Shown one piece after another: positions 34,488 to 47,800 of a DNA stretch of 64,000 nt. The notes beneath the pieces are model-generated. The model was given only the letters and a program-made list of their open reading frames with translations, made no database searches and was not told the DNA's origin. The translations under genes were made by a program, and so were the position numbers. The stretch's first letter is position 1; each line of letters starts with the position of its first letter. Source of the stretch: Botryllus schlosseri (Eukaryota); contig CM119371.1 of NCBI GenBank assembly GCA_051294905.1, forward strand, positions 1,986,001 through 2,050,000, given 5' to 3'.

Positions 34488-36495
34488 TTGATTTGTCCAA
34501 CCGTAAAGAAAACATCATTGGCACATGCAACAACAATAAATGAACTTACGGTATAGGACAGGGTGTGACCGATATGACTCTGGGTAGGGTCAACTAGTCT
34601 GATCGCACCTTGCATTAACAAATACAGATATTGTGTTATAAATTTGGATGCATTGGTTGGGATCAATCAATTAAGCTCAGCATAAAAATAAAATACTAAA
34701 GAAACTACAAATTTGGTGGGAGGCAAGCGGATCATTGGTATTGGGAGATGAGGTGACTGGATAATTCCATTTTGAAGGAGTGGTATGGGAGGTCCCGTAT
34801 TGAAGTGGGTATAGCATTCCATATGACAGGACCGGCATTAGTCGATCGATTTCTTTGAGAGGCTACTGGTGGGTCGATGAAAATAGATGTTGCCTTGGGA
34901 AGAAAATCTGGTATTGTGTGAGTGAACAGTTTGAGCAAGGACGAAGAAATCATTAAACACAGGAGGCAATTCATTTGAAAAATATTGATGCATAAATTTA
35001 GCTACTTCAAATGTAAAAATATCGTCAAATTTTAGAATATTGTATTTGCGGTAGTACTGGGATGATCTTGTTCGATGGGGCAAGTCAGCCATCAAACGCA
35101 TGGCTCGGTTTTGCAGGGTACGAATTTTAGAACAATGTGAAGTACAAGCATTCCCCATACAATTATGCCATACTGTACATACGAGTAAAAAAGCGAAAAG
35201 TAAATTGTCCTAAGCACAGATCTAGGAACTATGTGCTTGAGTTTTGTCATTACACCTACACATCTAGAAAGCTGTGTTATGGTATGAGCAATATGCGGTT
35301 TCCATGACAATTTAGAGTCAATGATGATTCCAAGATATTTTGCTGAGTCACACAGTGAGATACAGTTATTATTTAGATTCACAGTAAGGTTATCAGACGC
35401 AGTATTAAAGAGCATCATCACAGTTATATCGGTATTTAAACTTAATTTGTTAGCAGCAAGCCATTGAGAGACTTTTGTAAGTTCTCTCTGCACAGAACTT
35501 TGTAGGTTGCTTATAGTATCGGATGAAAGAAAAAGATGGGTATCATCGGCAAACAGTGTAGTATAAAAGGAGGAACGGTTAATAATATCATTGATGTAGA
35601 TCAAAAATAGGGTCGGTCCTAAAACTGAGCCCTGAGGCACTCCACACTCTACATCCATTTGTACCGATTTTGACAGACCCAATTTCACAAACTGCTTACG
35701 GTTTACAAGGTAGTTCGTGAGCAGGGACTTGGCAATCCCTCTAATTCCATAATGCTCTAGTTTTCGTATCAGTATCTCGTGGTTCACAGTATCAAAGGCT
35801 TTCCGAAGATCAATAAAGATACTACAGCCAACATTTTTATCTTTAATAATTTTGTAGTAATTTGTCACAATTGATAGGGTGGCATGGTTATTGTTATGAC
35901 ACGATCTAAAGCCAAATTGAGATGGAGTGAATACCGATTGCAATTCAAAAAATTTCTTGTGCCTATAATCTAGCAATTTCTCATATAGAGTGGAAAGGTT
36001 TGACAGAATATAGATATGGGACGGTAATTAGACATTGAATTTTTGCAGCCTTTTTATGAACTGGAATAACCCTGGCAGTTTTTAGAGCACTAGGAAAAAT
36101 ACCCAAGTTCATGGAGCCATTGAACAACGTACAAATTGTATCTCCTATAATATTAAATACTAGTTTTATGAAGTAGATTGTTATTGAGTCAGGTCCTACT
36201 GCTTTTATGTCCTTCTTTCCAGATAATATCGTTGCTACCTCTCCTACGTCGGTCGGCTCCATAAAGATGGAGTTCATGGAGCGAGGCTTCATGAATGATA
36301 GGATATCATGCGGGCTTTGAGGTATAGAAGATGCTAGCTCTGGACCAATCTGGCAAAAGTGATGGTTGAACTTTTCTGCTACAACATCAGGATCTTTGAT
36401 GACCGTATTGCCACATGCTATTTCAATGTTCTGCGATTGTGTTTCGTTTTTGTTATTGGAAGCGTTCACAATTTCACGAATGGTTCTGGGCAAAA
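34457..36495 (-). mobile_element. 5'-truncated L2/Crack/CR1-group LINE with frameshifted RT
   Basis: ORFs 35981..36520, 35092..35976 (DLRKAFDTV, GVPQGSVLGP, FADDT), 34838..35158 and 34732..34974; AATAAA plus (TC)n tail at 34457-34489. Confidence 0.92.
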
Positions 36496-37691
36496 GCCTG
36501 TACCCATGTATAGCACGCACCCTGCATTCACACTATAGTTTTGTTTCAGTAAAGGTGTCATTTTGTTTTGCACGCGCGTGCAGCAAGCAATTACCTCATT
36601 TCGATCGCATGCTAAAGGCAACTCAACCGGCGGTCGCGTGCTGTGCAGTGTGCACACGGCTCCCGTTACATGGCAACACGCTTCTAGCAAATTGGCAGCG
36701 CGTTACACTGATATTACGAATTACCGGGCATGATGGCCGAAAGTGATGTGCGATTGGAAAAAACATGAAGGTGTGATTTCAAGTTTTTCATCGAAGGAGA
36801 TTATTTTCAATGCTTGTTCCCAGCAAACACGAGATATATTCAGGACATGTTCGGATATCTTTTTGCTATCCTAATTATCTCAAAATTGTGTTTATGCATA
36901 TCTTGTGCGGAAACGTATCTTGAATACATCTTTTTCTTATCCAACAACTTTCGTCAAAATGCCGAAAATTTATTTGTGAGGAATCAAATTCGATTATTGT
37001 TTCATTTTACGGTATAATTTGTCTACTATCAATTTTATTGATGTCTTACTCTTATGGGGTGATATGTCACCGTAATTATTGCCACTATCGAATCATAGCA
37101 ATTTACATCGTTGTAAATTGCTATGATCGAATGTTTTTCCTTTTGTCACACGCCGCTTTCGCGTGATTTTGCAGATATTTTGATTCTTGGCCATCCCAAA
37201 TTTTGGAATCCGAATCCATTACGGCTCCAGGCGGCAATTTGAAAGTCTTATGAATTTCCAATTCTGGGTAATCCGAAAAACTGCTGCCAAAATAATGCTA
37301 TACTATTTGAAAGTTCAATAGAAAAATCCTGCTACAATCCGACTGCCAAAGCAAATTCAGAATCCGGATCCACTCCGGCTACGCTGAAAACCATCTAGCC
37401 GTCTAGCCGTCGGAGCCGAGTGACTCAATGGCTTGAGGCACTTTCTCCCATGCGAACACCCGTTTCGGCGCGCAGGTTTCAAATCGTCAGACAAAAGACA
37501 GAAGCGCTCTGATAGTGGCGGCTTTCAGTGCAGATATCGTTGTCGTTTTGGTTTTAGTTGCGTTCAGGGAAATCGCAGTTAATTGAGGCTAATCCAAGCA
37601 TATTTCTATAGAATAATACCGAAAACTGCACTGTATAGGCTATGCTTCTTATATAATCATAGTTAAGGACTTGACTTGAGGTAATACGATA

Positions 37692-38147
37692 CACTACAAA
37701 AAAAAATTAGACAAATTTGGTCTCAAATTTAAGAAATGAGGAGGATTTGGTCTCATTTTCAACAATTTCAGTCTCACTGATGGTCTCATTTTACCACCCA
37801 CTCACCATAAATGCTATTTTCGACTCGGGCAACCATATATATATTGATCTGAATAGTGCATGTGAGTAGTAAGTGGCATGTACCTTGATAACTATATCTA
37901 GTGAATATCTAGTAAACTCCTTAGTACAGTATCATCCCGACACTGCAAATTCTGGTCTCTCTCATGCTTCCCCTTCGCTCAGACCCTAACATTGAAATGG
38001 ATGCCCCCAAACCACCCCTACTATTTTCGATCAGTTCCGGTATTACTTTTAAGACAGAAAGTACTTGGTAAGACTAATTTGTCTTTAAGACTTTTTCTGC
38101 TAAAAAATCGATTTGAGACCAAACTTGTCTAATTTTTTTTTGTAGTG
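37692..38147. mobile_element. CACTA MITE
   Basis: TIRs cactacaaaaaaaaattagacaa / ttgtctaattttttttttgtagtg; ta flanks; ggtctca subterminal repeats. Confidence 0.85.
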
Positions 38148-39399
38148 TATAACTTTTGAACTAGTCTAGTCTTTCTGGTAATATGGTGACCATATCATAA
38201 CTGGGCGGCTATGTCTGAATTTAATTCTTTGATTCATATCAAACCAACTAATAAACTATAGAACTTGTGCGGCTAATCATGAGCACATTTTCTGGATATC
38301 AACTTACTCCAACCTTACTTTAAGGATTTGCTGTAAATGAATATAGGTGGGTATTAGTCGATCAATAAATCGAGCAATCATTTGCTGTTGTGCTTTTTGT
38401 TGAACAAGAACAATCGGTTGCTGTTGCTGTAATACATAAAAGCTGGAAAACCGATGTAGAAGTGATCTCATTGATTCAGACTAGCTTATATCTTATGAAT
38501 TGTGAATTGTGTGAAATTGTTTGTATCTATAATAGTATTGCATGTCTGGTGGTTGCGTAAGAATGCAAATAGCACGGTAACGCTAAGAATAAAAAGCAAC
38601 CATAATATGATAATCGCAATCGGTCTCTGTATAAAAGATACAGATGAAATGCTCATACAGTAAGTTATAAACTCAGAATTAGCGTACTGTTTTCCAAGTG
38701 GGCCTACCTTTGTCATCTACATTATCCATCTGTTTTAGATGTATTGAAGGTAGCTTTTAGTGATATAATAAACGCTGCGGAGAGTAGTGGCTTGCTCACG
38801 TCTTTGTCATTGTCTGGACTGAAAATGAAGCGCAGCGGCCAAAACGAAAACGTCAGCTGAACAAACAATTTTTGAATAATTCGGCGTCAACTGATGGTCA
38901 AGGACTCAAGGTATACCCTTTTATTCCGTGAAATATGGTACATATATGTAAAACGTTTATAATTTGTAGATGATGTTTTTCCTGCACTGCAAGGAAGAAA
39001 CGTAATCCAAGTATTCAGATACAAGACATGCCAATTTCAAGAATGCGGTCATCTTATGATTCTGGCAATGAAAGTGTGGCAAGCAGGAGTGATATCAATG
39101 ATGCTCGCAATGCAAGTTTGCCATCATTTAGCGAAAAGAGTGTTCAAGAATGGCATGATCTATGATCCCAACATTAAATGTAACGGCCAGAGATCTAAGT
39201 CCTGCAGTAAGTTCCTAGCACTTTGATGCGTTCTCGAATTTGAGAATAAAGTCTCTCTGTTTTTCAGATGCTCCTTCATTTAAAATCATCGTTGAACTAC
39301 AAAATTTTGACCATCAACAATGTGGCCTGTCATAAAGTAATGGTAAGTATATCACATATGATGGTCAATCTAACTTTCTTGTAATCAAATCCTTTTTAG

Positions 39400-41477
39400 C
39401 TTGTGCATCAAAGACATAAAGTTGCAGAAAAACCAGATGATGGATTTCCTCAGACATCATATCGACAATGACTCTAAAAGACCTCAATCGAGTGCCCCAA
39501 TTTTGCTGGAAGATATAATTGAAGATCCCTGTGAAACCTTGTCCCAGCTGGAACACCTTTGAACAACGGCAAAGTCTGCGCTGGTATGTTTTTGTTTCTC
39601 ATTCGAACAAAGCGATTGACAGTCTGAATCAGGGGTGTCCGCTGACACCAAGGAATCATTTTCAGACACAGCAGGGGTTATTTTCGAAATTAGTTCTATT
39701 ACCGTATCAAAAATTGAATTGCCAATGTGATTTATTGCGAAATCGAAAAGTCAACCAAGCCTTTGATTAGCGTGACCATGAAATTTATGGTGTGGATGGT
39801 TTTATCTAGAATGCCCATAAATGTTATTGTTAATTCTGGTGCAAACCATTAATGCAAGGCAGTACCATCTGTATTGTGTACCACTAATATAATGTTTTAC
39901 AGGTAGCCGCTCTAATGGGAATCCGGGGTGTACAATTGCCGGAAATATGATGACCAGCATAGCTGTAAAGAAAGTATGAAAATCCTAGTCTTAAGGGTCA
40001 AAACAACAAGAGTGAAACTTGAAAAGACTATTAGACGTAAGTTATCAACGGTTATTGACGGAAATTAAACGTAATCAACGTAAAAAAAAGTTGAGCCCTA
40101 GCCTCGATTTTTCAACATTTTAATCGTTTGACGTCATATTTGGTAATAAGAATACTGATGTCGTGATGTGCTAAGTTACCTACTTCAGTACTCTAGTTGC
40201 TAATGAGTTTTAGCAGACAATATTCAGCTGCAATTGAATATATTATTGCAATATGCAATGTGCATTATGCATATTGCAATATGAATATTGCAATATGAAT
40301 ATATTATTCAATAGTATATTGGAATTCTATACCTCCAACAGTCTCTTATATCAATGAAACTTGTTCGTTGTCTGATGTATAATATACCATGACTGGACAG
40401 TGGACATCTTCATCTAGTTATATCTCTTTTTAGGAGCATGCAGATCGGCTCATCCTGACCTCGAGATCCCAGATAAAAGAACTAAAGATCAGGTTGCAAG
40501 ATCTCTAACTGTTGCTGCATCTTGCAAGGTAATTTTGTTGTTAAGTTAAGCATGTGTGGTGTGACAGTTGTGTCTTTGATGGTATTATTGAACTGTAAGT
40601 GAATTGTTGTTACCGCTCATCTTCAGAACATTGTATATCAGTGGTCCCCAAACTTAACGAGAAAATTTACGAGACAGACCTTTACAATTTCCCTCCGCGG
40701 GTCGCATTTGTCTCGCACGGGGAGATTAAAATTTAATTTGAATAACTCTACTTTGTGTTGATTTACAAAATAATTTTAAGCAACTTCGATTTTGGTTTAG
40801 ACAATAACCTGTCTAAAGATTTTTATACTCGAGGAATTAAAATCTCTGAAAATTTCTGGATCGTGTGAATTTCTGGAAGGTACTATGCAGTCATAAAAAT
40901 TGTCTCGCTGACCACAGTTTGGGAACCACTGCATATATTTGCTGTGTCGTGCATGGAAGGAGCGATCAATATCACATCAGCCTCTCACAGGCAACTATTA
41001 CCATATTAATATTAAAATAATAATGTGGAGAACAATCTTCACCCCGTGCCCAAACTATAGGTTTTGAAATCCGTTTCCAGCAGCAGTCACTTCATGACGC
41101 CAATAGCATGAAAATGACAGGCATTATTGAACAGGTTCTGGTGTCTCATCTTGACAGCGTAACTGCGTTGATTATATCTTCAGTGTAAAAGTAAAGGTCA
41201 TGTCGCTTTTGAAAGAGGACTTCAAGTCTTTTGGTGAATGTGACTTAGACCACCATCCCACTTTACTCACAACCAAGACCACCATCCCACTTTACTCACA
41301 ACCAAACACAGAACAACTTTTATTCTACAGTGATAATAATCAATTGTACTAATCTACTCGTTTATGTTATAGGGTGGCGATAAAGAAGATAACAGGAACA
41401 AGGCTGTCATCACAGAGTCTGACAATTCTGACAACGATTTCGAACTTATGCTTGGGCAGCAATATTTGCTGAAGTGA
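39400..41477 (+). pseudogene. Decayed spliced accessory gene of the EnSpm-type element (DUF4806-like, by inference)
   Basis: AG/GT-bounded exon-like blocks at 39400-39583, 40434-40528 (ACRSAHPDLEIPDKRTKDQVARSLTVAASCK) and 41373-41477 (GGDKED...stop). Confidence 0.4.
40639..40931. mobile_element. hAT MITE present in both EnSpm copies (second at 45680..45962)
   Basis: TIRs cagtggtccccaaact / agtttgggaaccactg; TSD not clean. Confidence 0.7.
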
Positions 41478-42266
41478 TTGCGCAGTTCTGTGCTGATTTA
41501 ATACACGAACAAAGCCATGCATGATTTGTAAAATTATCAGTCAGTCTTCCTTGATAAGGGCAGTGCAGGATGTGGCAGGTCCAGGTACCTAACTAGGGTC
41601 AGGGGTCACCTAGGGTCAGGGGTCATCTGGGGTGAAGCAAGATATCATGACAATGTCATACAGGTATCTTTGAAGATATCCTATATATGTGCAAATGTGT
41701 CGACAGATTTATATAAACAATACATATGACTAGATATATTTTGAAGTAGTTGAGACATATACACAATATATATGCAATATATTCTGTGTTTGCTGGGTTG
41801 TACCCATGTATAATACGCACCCCCTACTTTAGGACAAAAAATCGGTTAATTTTGCGCATTATACATTGAAAATTACAGTTCCAGTAGAATTTTATAATCC
41901 CTGGCTTAACATTTTTAGAACTAATAAAATACTGTAACGGTACTTCTAAACCTATTATTCTCGAAGCAACTACACTATCATAGTACAGTTTCACACCTGA
42001 AACTGTTTTAGCGGGTACGATCCATGACTGACAACCTGTCATTCTTCTCATGACTCCAAACACCACTTGTGTCATTAATGTCAAGCCATGCAGTTTAATT
42101 AAATCTTTAAATAGTTCGACCATTCCAAAGTGTAACTTAGTTACCAGCCTGTCTGACGTTGATCAATTTAATTGAATATACAAGGTTCTCGTTCAAACGA
42201 ATCCGATAAAATCATAAAGCGCCGTTTGAGTAACGAATTCCAAGAGACTCTTTGGGGTACAGAACT

Positions 42267-42380
42267 TTAATATACATTTTAATTATATATTCATAGTGAA
42301 CATATATTAAAACCCGAAGCTTTTCGAGCTGACACTTTTCAAGGGCAATCGTCAGCAAATGGAGATTTTCAAAACATGCA
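42267..42380 (-). mobile_element. Solo Penelope terminal (pLTR) fragment
   Basis: Its reverse complement closely matches 51594..51708, the 3' end of the Penelope element. Confidence 0.8.
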
Positions 42381-42627
42381 CCGATCGTTTACCGCACCTT
42401 CCATACGATAAACGTAGCTTTTTTTCTCACACCTAACCCGAGGATGTGTGAAAACACAACGATAACGTACCTTTGTCAAAAAGGATGGCACCTTGGCACG
42501 TAACAGTATCTTATGGTCGATTAGCTTTTTTCATAAAAATATGAAATCCACATAATTACATACCGCTGGAGTCGTTGAGGGGTGTAAAGTTGGTATCGTT
42601 GTGGGGTAAGATTTTATTCATCCTCAA

Positions 42628-42860
42628 ATGACTACGTTCTTGCTGTGTTAAACCTGATTGCGCTAACAACACATGCACAGCCCGCAAATAGGTCGCTGCA
42701 CGCAGAGCTATTGTGCCTTGTATGGAGGTGATCACGATTCGGTCTTTCCGAATACCTACTCGAAAGCGGTGGGGAGACTTGGCGTGGTCACTTATACCCG
42801 ATACTTTTGTTAAAGGCAAACGCTGGGGATCAGACGGGCGAACCCCGTTTTCGATTGTGG
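42628..42860 (+). pseudogene. Possible THAP-domain remnant of a DNA transposon
   Basis: CCVKPDCANN at 42641, then FRIPTRKRW and FVKGK; in-frame stop at 42689. Confidence 0.35.
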
Positions 42861-44825
42861 TATGTGTGCGTGGAAAAATACAGTACAATTACTAGTATTA
42901 TATCACACCTCAAAATACGTTCGTGTCTAAACTTGCCGCATGGGTCAATCGAGGCGACTCACAGAAATATTCCTAGTTTATCCTTGAGGGCTGTATTACT
43001 GGTTAGCTGTATATTTATGGATGATTGACAACCGCTAGCTGTCGCTATTGTATCATTTACATATGTGTTATACAAGGGGGCGGGCAACTCCTTCAGTCGG
43101 CGGGGCCGGATATAAGAAAATTAAGTACTTGGGGCCCCCGAATTGCTGAATCGATACATTACTCACCCGTTGATCCCCATATATGAGGGATAAATCGTAT
43201 TTAACCAATATATTTTAAAGACCGCAATGTCACTGCAAAGCCATATCTCGCCGATAATAACGAAGAAAATGTGGATTTGAGAACAGCCTTGTTATACAGG
43301 CACCGCCGTGTCTCCTCTCTAATCAATGAACACACCGTGCAACCCATAAATAAGATTCACAAATTACCGGATCGCTTCGAAACTACATTTTGACTCGATA
43401 GTTTTATGGGGGCCTACTCTTTATAATTAGGATGGAAAGCGATTTCACGACATTTCTTTTAAAGCTACTTTTACTTGAGTACTTCAAAGCTATATTCTGC
43501 TTTAGTCGAGTAGCGGACGATGACGATTTCACACGCATTCCAAAGTAGCCTACATCTTGTGAGAATGATGTACCACCACCCCGGCTATTCTCGGTACGAC
43601 ATGGGATCATTTGGCTGTACTAAGGTGGGCCCGACATGGTCGATTGCGCTCGATCTTTTTTCACGGGAGTTTGGGGCGATTTTACTATTCACATGGTTAC
43701 ACAGGCCCCGTATCCACGTAATAGCCTGCACAATATCATCATAGCGTCATTTTTCCGATTTGGCTACATACCCGACTTTCGTAATCTAGGCCCACATTTT
43801 GCGTTACTCGTGGTGTTTTTTGGATATGTTAAGCTAACAAGGAGGACAAATTGACTGAAAGAGAGTACATTTGGGCGAATTGGGTGACATATCTGGGAAA
43901 TGGAGGACATATGCTCCCCTAAATGAGGCCGCATGGTAACCCTATTTAAATAGGAGGGTCGATAGGGACATCAAATATATCGCACTGTGTTGCTGTCAAC
44001 CCGAAAACGCGAGTTTTGTCAAGTCGCAGATTGATGACTGACAGCGATTGTGTCACGCTCGATTGATCATAGCTGATTTACGTACATTGTTGACCGGTAA
44101 AGTTATTGTCATCGTTGTGTGATTTATACCAATATACTCCTTGAGGTGCCAAATCTGATCGCACTAATAACACCTGTGCAGACGAATCAAACAGAATTCC
44201 GCCAAAGGGGCGATACCAAGTCTCCTTGTACGTAAATTATTATACAACGACACCTATATTACAGCAGAACAATCTCGTCTGGACGGGGGAGGTCACGAAA
44301 CATCTCCGGACCCGGCGCAGATTTCATCAGTTTTCAGCGAAGCCAGTCTGGATGCGGCCAAATGGCCTTGAAAGTCGGATTTATGCTGTATTTTGCCCTC
44401 ACCACATGTGAAAATAACAGGACTTTACGTGCTAGCCGGATTTTTTGGACTTGGCAACCCGAGTATGATCTGTCACAATTCATTCCCATTATTGCACCAC
44501 CGAGCGCGTTTCAGCCAAATAAGGCCAGTCCACCCCCGATGAAGCAAGCTACCCCGATTCGTCACTTGAATCTGACATCGTACTCGCAGTTACCGAGCGG
44601 GAAATGCGAGGCTCGAAGGTGTGACGCAGCAATTTTCTGATGGTAACACTTCGCCGATTCAATATATTTGCAGTATGATGCTGCAAATATGCTCGGGCGG
44701 TGTTGGCATAACATGTGTTGAGGATATGTTACGGCACACGTGAGTACAACTCATTGTCTGCAGCGAAATTTGTCGACTTCGAGCGACAGTGCGTGGCTGC
44801 CGAAGCAATAGTTCCTTAGTATGAT

Positions 44826-47800
44826 CCCAGCAAACACAGAATATATTGCAGATATATTTTGTATATGACTCAACTACTTCAAAATATATCTAGTCATATG
44901 TATTGTTTATATAAATCTGTCGACACATTTGCACATATATAGGACATCTTCAAAGATACCTGTATGACATTGTCATGATATCTTGCTTGACCCTAGATGA
45001 ACCCTGACCCTAGGTGACCCCTGACCCTGGTTGGGTACCTGGACCTGCCACATCCTGCACTGCCCTTATCAATGAAGACTGACTGATGATTTTACAAATC
45101 ATGCATGGCTTTGTTCGTGTATTAAATCAGCACAGAACTTCGCAATCACTTCAGCAAATATTGCTGCCTAAGCATAAGTTCGAAATCGTTGTCGGAATTG
45201 TCAGACTCTGTGATGACAGCCTTGCTCCTGTTATCTTCTTTATCGCCACCCTATAACATAAATGAGTAAATTACTACAATTGATTATTATCACTGTAGAA
45301 CAGAAGTCGTTATGTGTTTGGTTGTGGGTAAAATGGGATGGTGATCTGAGTTACATTAACCAAAAGACCTCAAGCCCTCTTTCAAAAGCGACATGACCTT
45401 TACTTTTACACTGAAGATATAATTAACGCAGTTACGCTTTCAAGATGATAAACCAGAACCTGTTCAAGTTCAATAATGCCTGTCATTATAGAGAAGATTT
45501 TCATGCTATTGGCGTCATGAAGACGTGCTGCTGGGAACGGATTTCAAAACCTATCGTTTCGGCACGGGATGAAGATTGTTCTTTACATTATCATTTTATT
45601 ATTAATATGGTAATAGTTGCCTGTGAGAGGCTGATGTGATAATGATCGCTCATTCCATGTACGGCATAGTAAATATATGCAGTGGTTCGCAAACTGGGGT
45701 CTGTGAGACAATTTTTATGACTGCAAAGTACCTTCCAAAAATTCACACGATCCAGAAATTTTCGAATATTTTAATTCCCAGAGTATAAGATTTTTTAGAC
45801 AGGTTATTGTCTGAACCAAAATCGAAGTTGCTTAAAATTATTTTGTAAATCAACATGATGTAGAGTTATTCAAATTAAATTTTATTCTCCCCGTGCGAGA
45901 CAAATGCGACCCGCGGAGGGAAATTGTCACGTAAATTTTCTCGTAAAGTTTGGGGACCACTGATATACAATGTTCTGAAGATGAGCGGCAAGAACAATTC
46001 ACTTACAGTCCACTCATATCATAAAAGACACAACTGTCACACCACACAATCATCAAACTTAATAACAAAATTACCTTGCAAGATCCAGCAACAGTTAGAG
46101 ATCTTGCAACCTGATCTTTAGTTCTTTTATCTGGGATCTCGAGGTCAGGATGAGCCGATCTGCATGCTTCTAAAAAGAGATATAATTAGATGAAGATATC
46201 CACTGTCCAGTCACAGTCATGGCATACTATACATCAGCCATCAGACAACGAACAAAACTCGTCAACAACTAGAGTACTAAAGTAGATAACTTTGCACATC
46301 AGTGACGACATATGACGTCAAACGATTAAAATGTTGAAAAATCGAGGCTTTGGCTCAACTTTTTTTACGTTGATTACGTTCAATTTCCGTCAATAACCGT
46401 TGATAACTTACGTCAAATAGTCTTTTCAAGTGTCACTCTTGCTTTTTTGACCCTTAAGACTAGGATTTCCATACTTTCTTTACAGCTATGCTGGTCATCA
46501 TATTTTCGACAGTTTCCGGCAATTGTACACCCCGGAATCCCATTAAAGCGGCTACCTGTAACAACATTATATTAGTGGTACACAATACAGATGGTACTGC
46601 CTTGCATTAATGGTTTGCACCAGAATTAACAATGACATTTATGGGCATTCTAGATAAAACCATTTATGGGCATTCTAGATAAAACCATCTACATCATAAA
46701 TTTCATGGTCACGCTCATCAAAGGCTTGGTTGACTTTGCGATTTCGCAATAAATCACATTGGCAATTTTGGATAATAGAACTAATTTCGATAAGGACCCC
46801 TGCTGTGTCTGAAAATGATTCCTTGGTTTCGGCGGACACCCCTGATTCAGACTGTCAATCGCTTTGTTCGAATGAGAAACAAAAACATACCAGTTCAGAC
46901 TTTGCCGTTGTTCAAAGGTGTTCCAGCTGTGACAAGGTTTCACAGGGATCTTCAATTATATCTTTCAGCAAAATTGGGGCACTCGATTGAGGTCTTTTGG
47001 AGTAATTGTCGATATGATGTCTGAGGAAATCCATCATCTGGTTTTTCTGCAACTTTATGTCTTTGATGCACAAGCTAAAAAGGATTCGATTGCAAGGAAG
47101 TTGGATTGATCTTCCTATGTGATAAACTTACCATTACTTTATGACAGGCCGCGTTGTTGATGGTCAAAATTTTGTAGTTCAGCGATGATTTCAAATGAAG
47201 GAGCATCTGAAAAACAGCGAGACTTTATTCTCAAATTCGAGAACGCATCAAAGTGCTAGGAACTTACTGCAGGACTTAGATCTCTGGCCGTTACATTCAA
47301 TGATGGGATTATGCCATTCTTGAACACTCTTTTCGCTAATGATGGCAAACTTGCATTGCGAGCATCATTGATATCACTCCTGCTTGCCAGAATCATAAGA
47401 TGACCGCATTCTTGAAATTGGCATGTCTTGTATCTGAATACTTGGATTACGTTTCTTCCTTGCAGGAAAACATCATCTACAAATTATAAACGTTTTACAT
47501 ATATATATACCATATTGCACAGAATAAAAGGGTATACCTTGACCATCAGTTGACGCCGAACTATTCAAAAATTGTTTGTTCCGCTGACGTTTTCGTTTTG
47601 GCCGCTGCGCTTCATTTTCAGTCCAGACTATGACAAAGACGTGGGCAAGCCACTACTCTCCGCAACTTTTATTATATCACTAAAAGCTACGCTCCGTACA
47701 TCTAAAACAGATGGATAATGTAGATGGCAAGGTAGGCCCACTTGGAAAACAGTACGCTAATTCTGAGTTTATAACTTACTGGATGAGCATTTCATCTGTA

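Larger units (their letters stand above)
36819..41797 (+). mobile_element. Non-autonomous CMC/EnSpm-type element, copy 1
   Basis: TIRs cccagcaaacac / gtgtttgctggg; 2-bp TSD TT deduced from the empty paralog gcttgttgtaccc near 33835. Confidence 0.8.
34397..41878. mobile_element. Tc1/mariner-type MITE split by a LINE and a CMC/EnSpm element
   Basis: ta|ccgtaattttc at the left end and gaaaattacag at the right; cccatgtata..gcacc subterminal motifs; the uninterrupted paralog at 33606..33922 gives the empty site. Confidence 0.65.

Noticed and set aside
37663..38325. TTAA-specific (piggyBac/Kolobok) insertion in EnSpm copy 1
   Set aside because: No convincing TIRs inside the TTAA sites; a deletion in copy 2 between ttaagga repeats is simpler.
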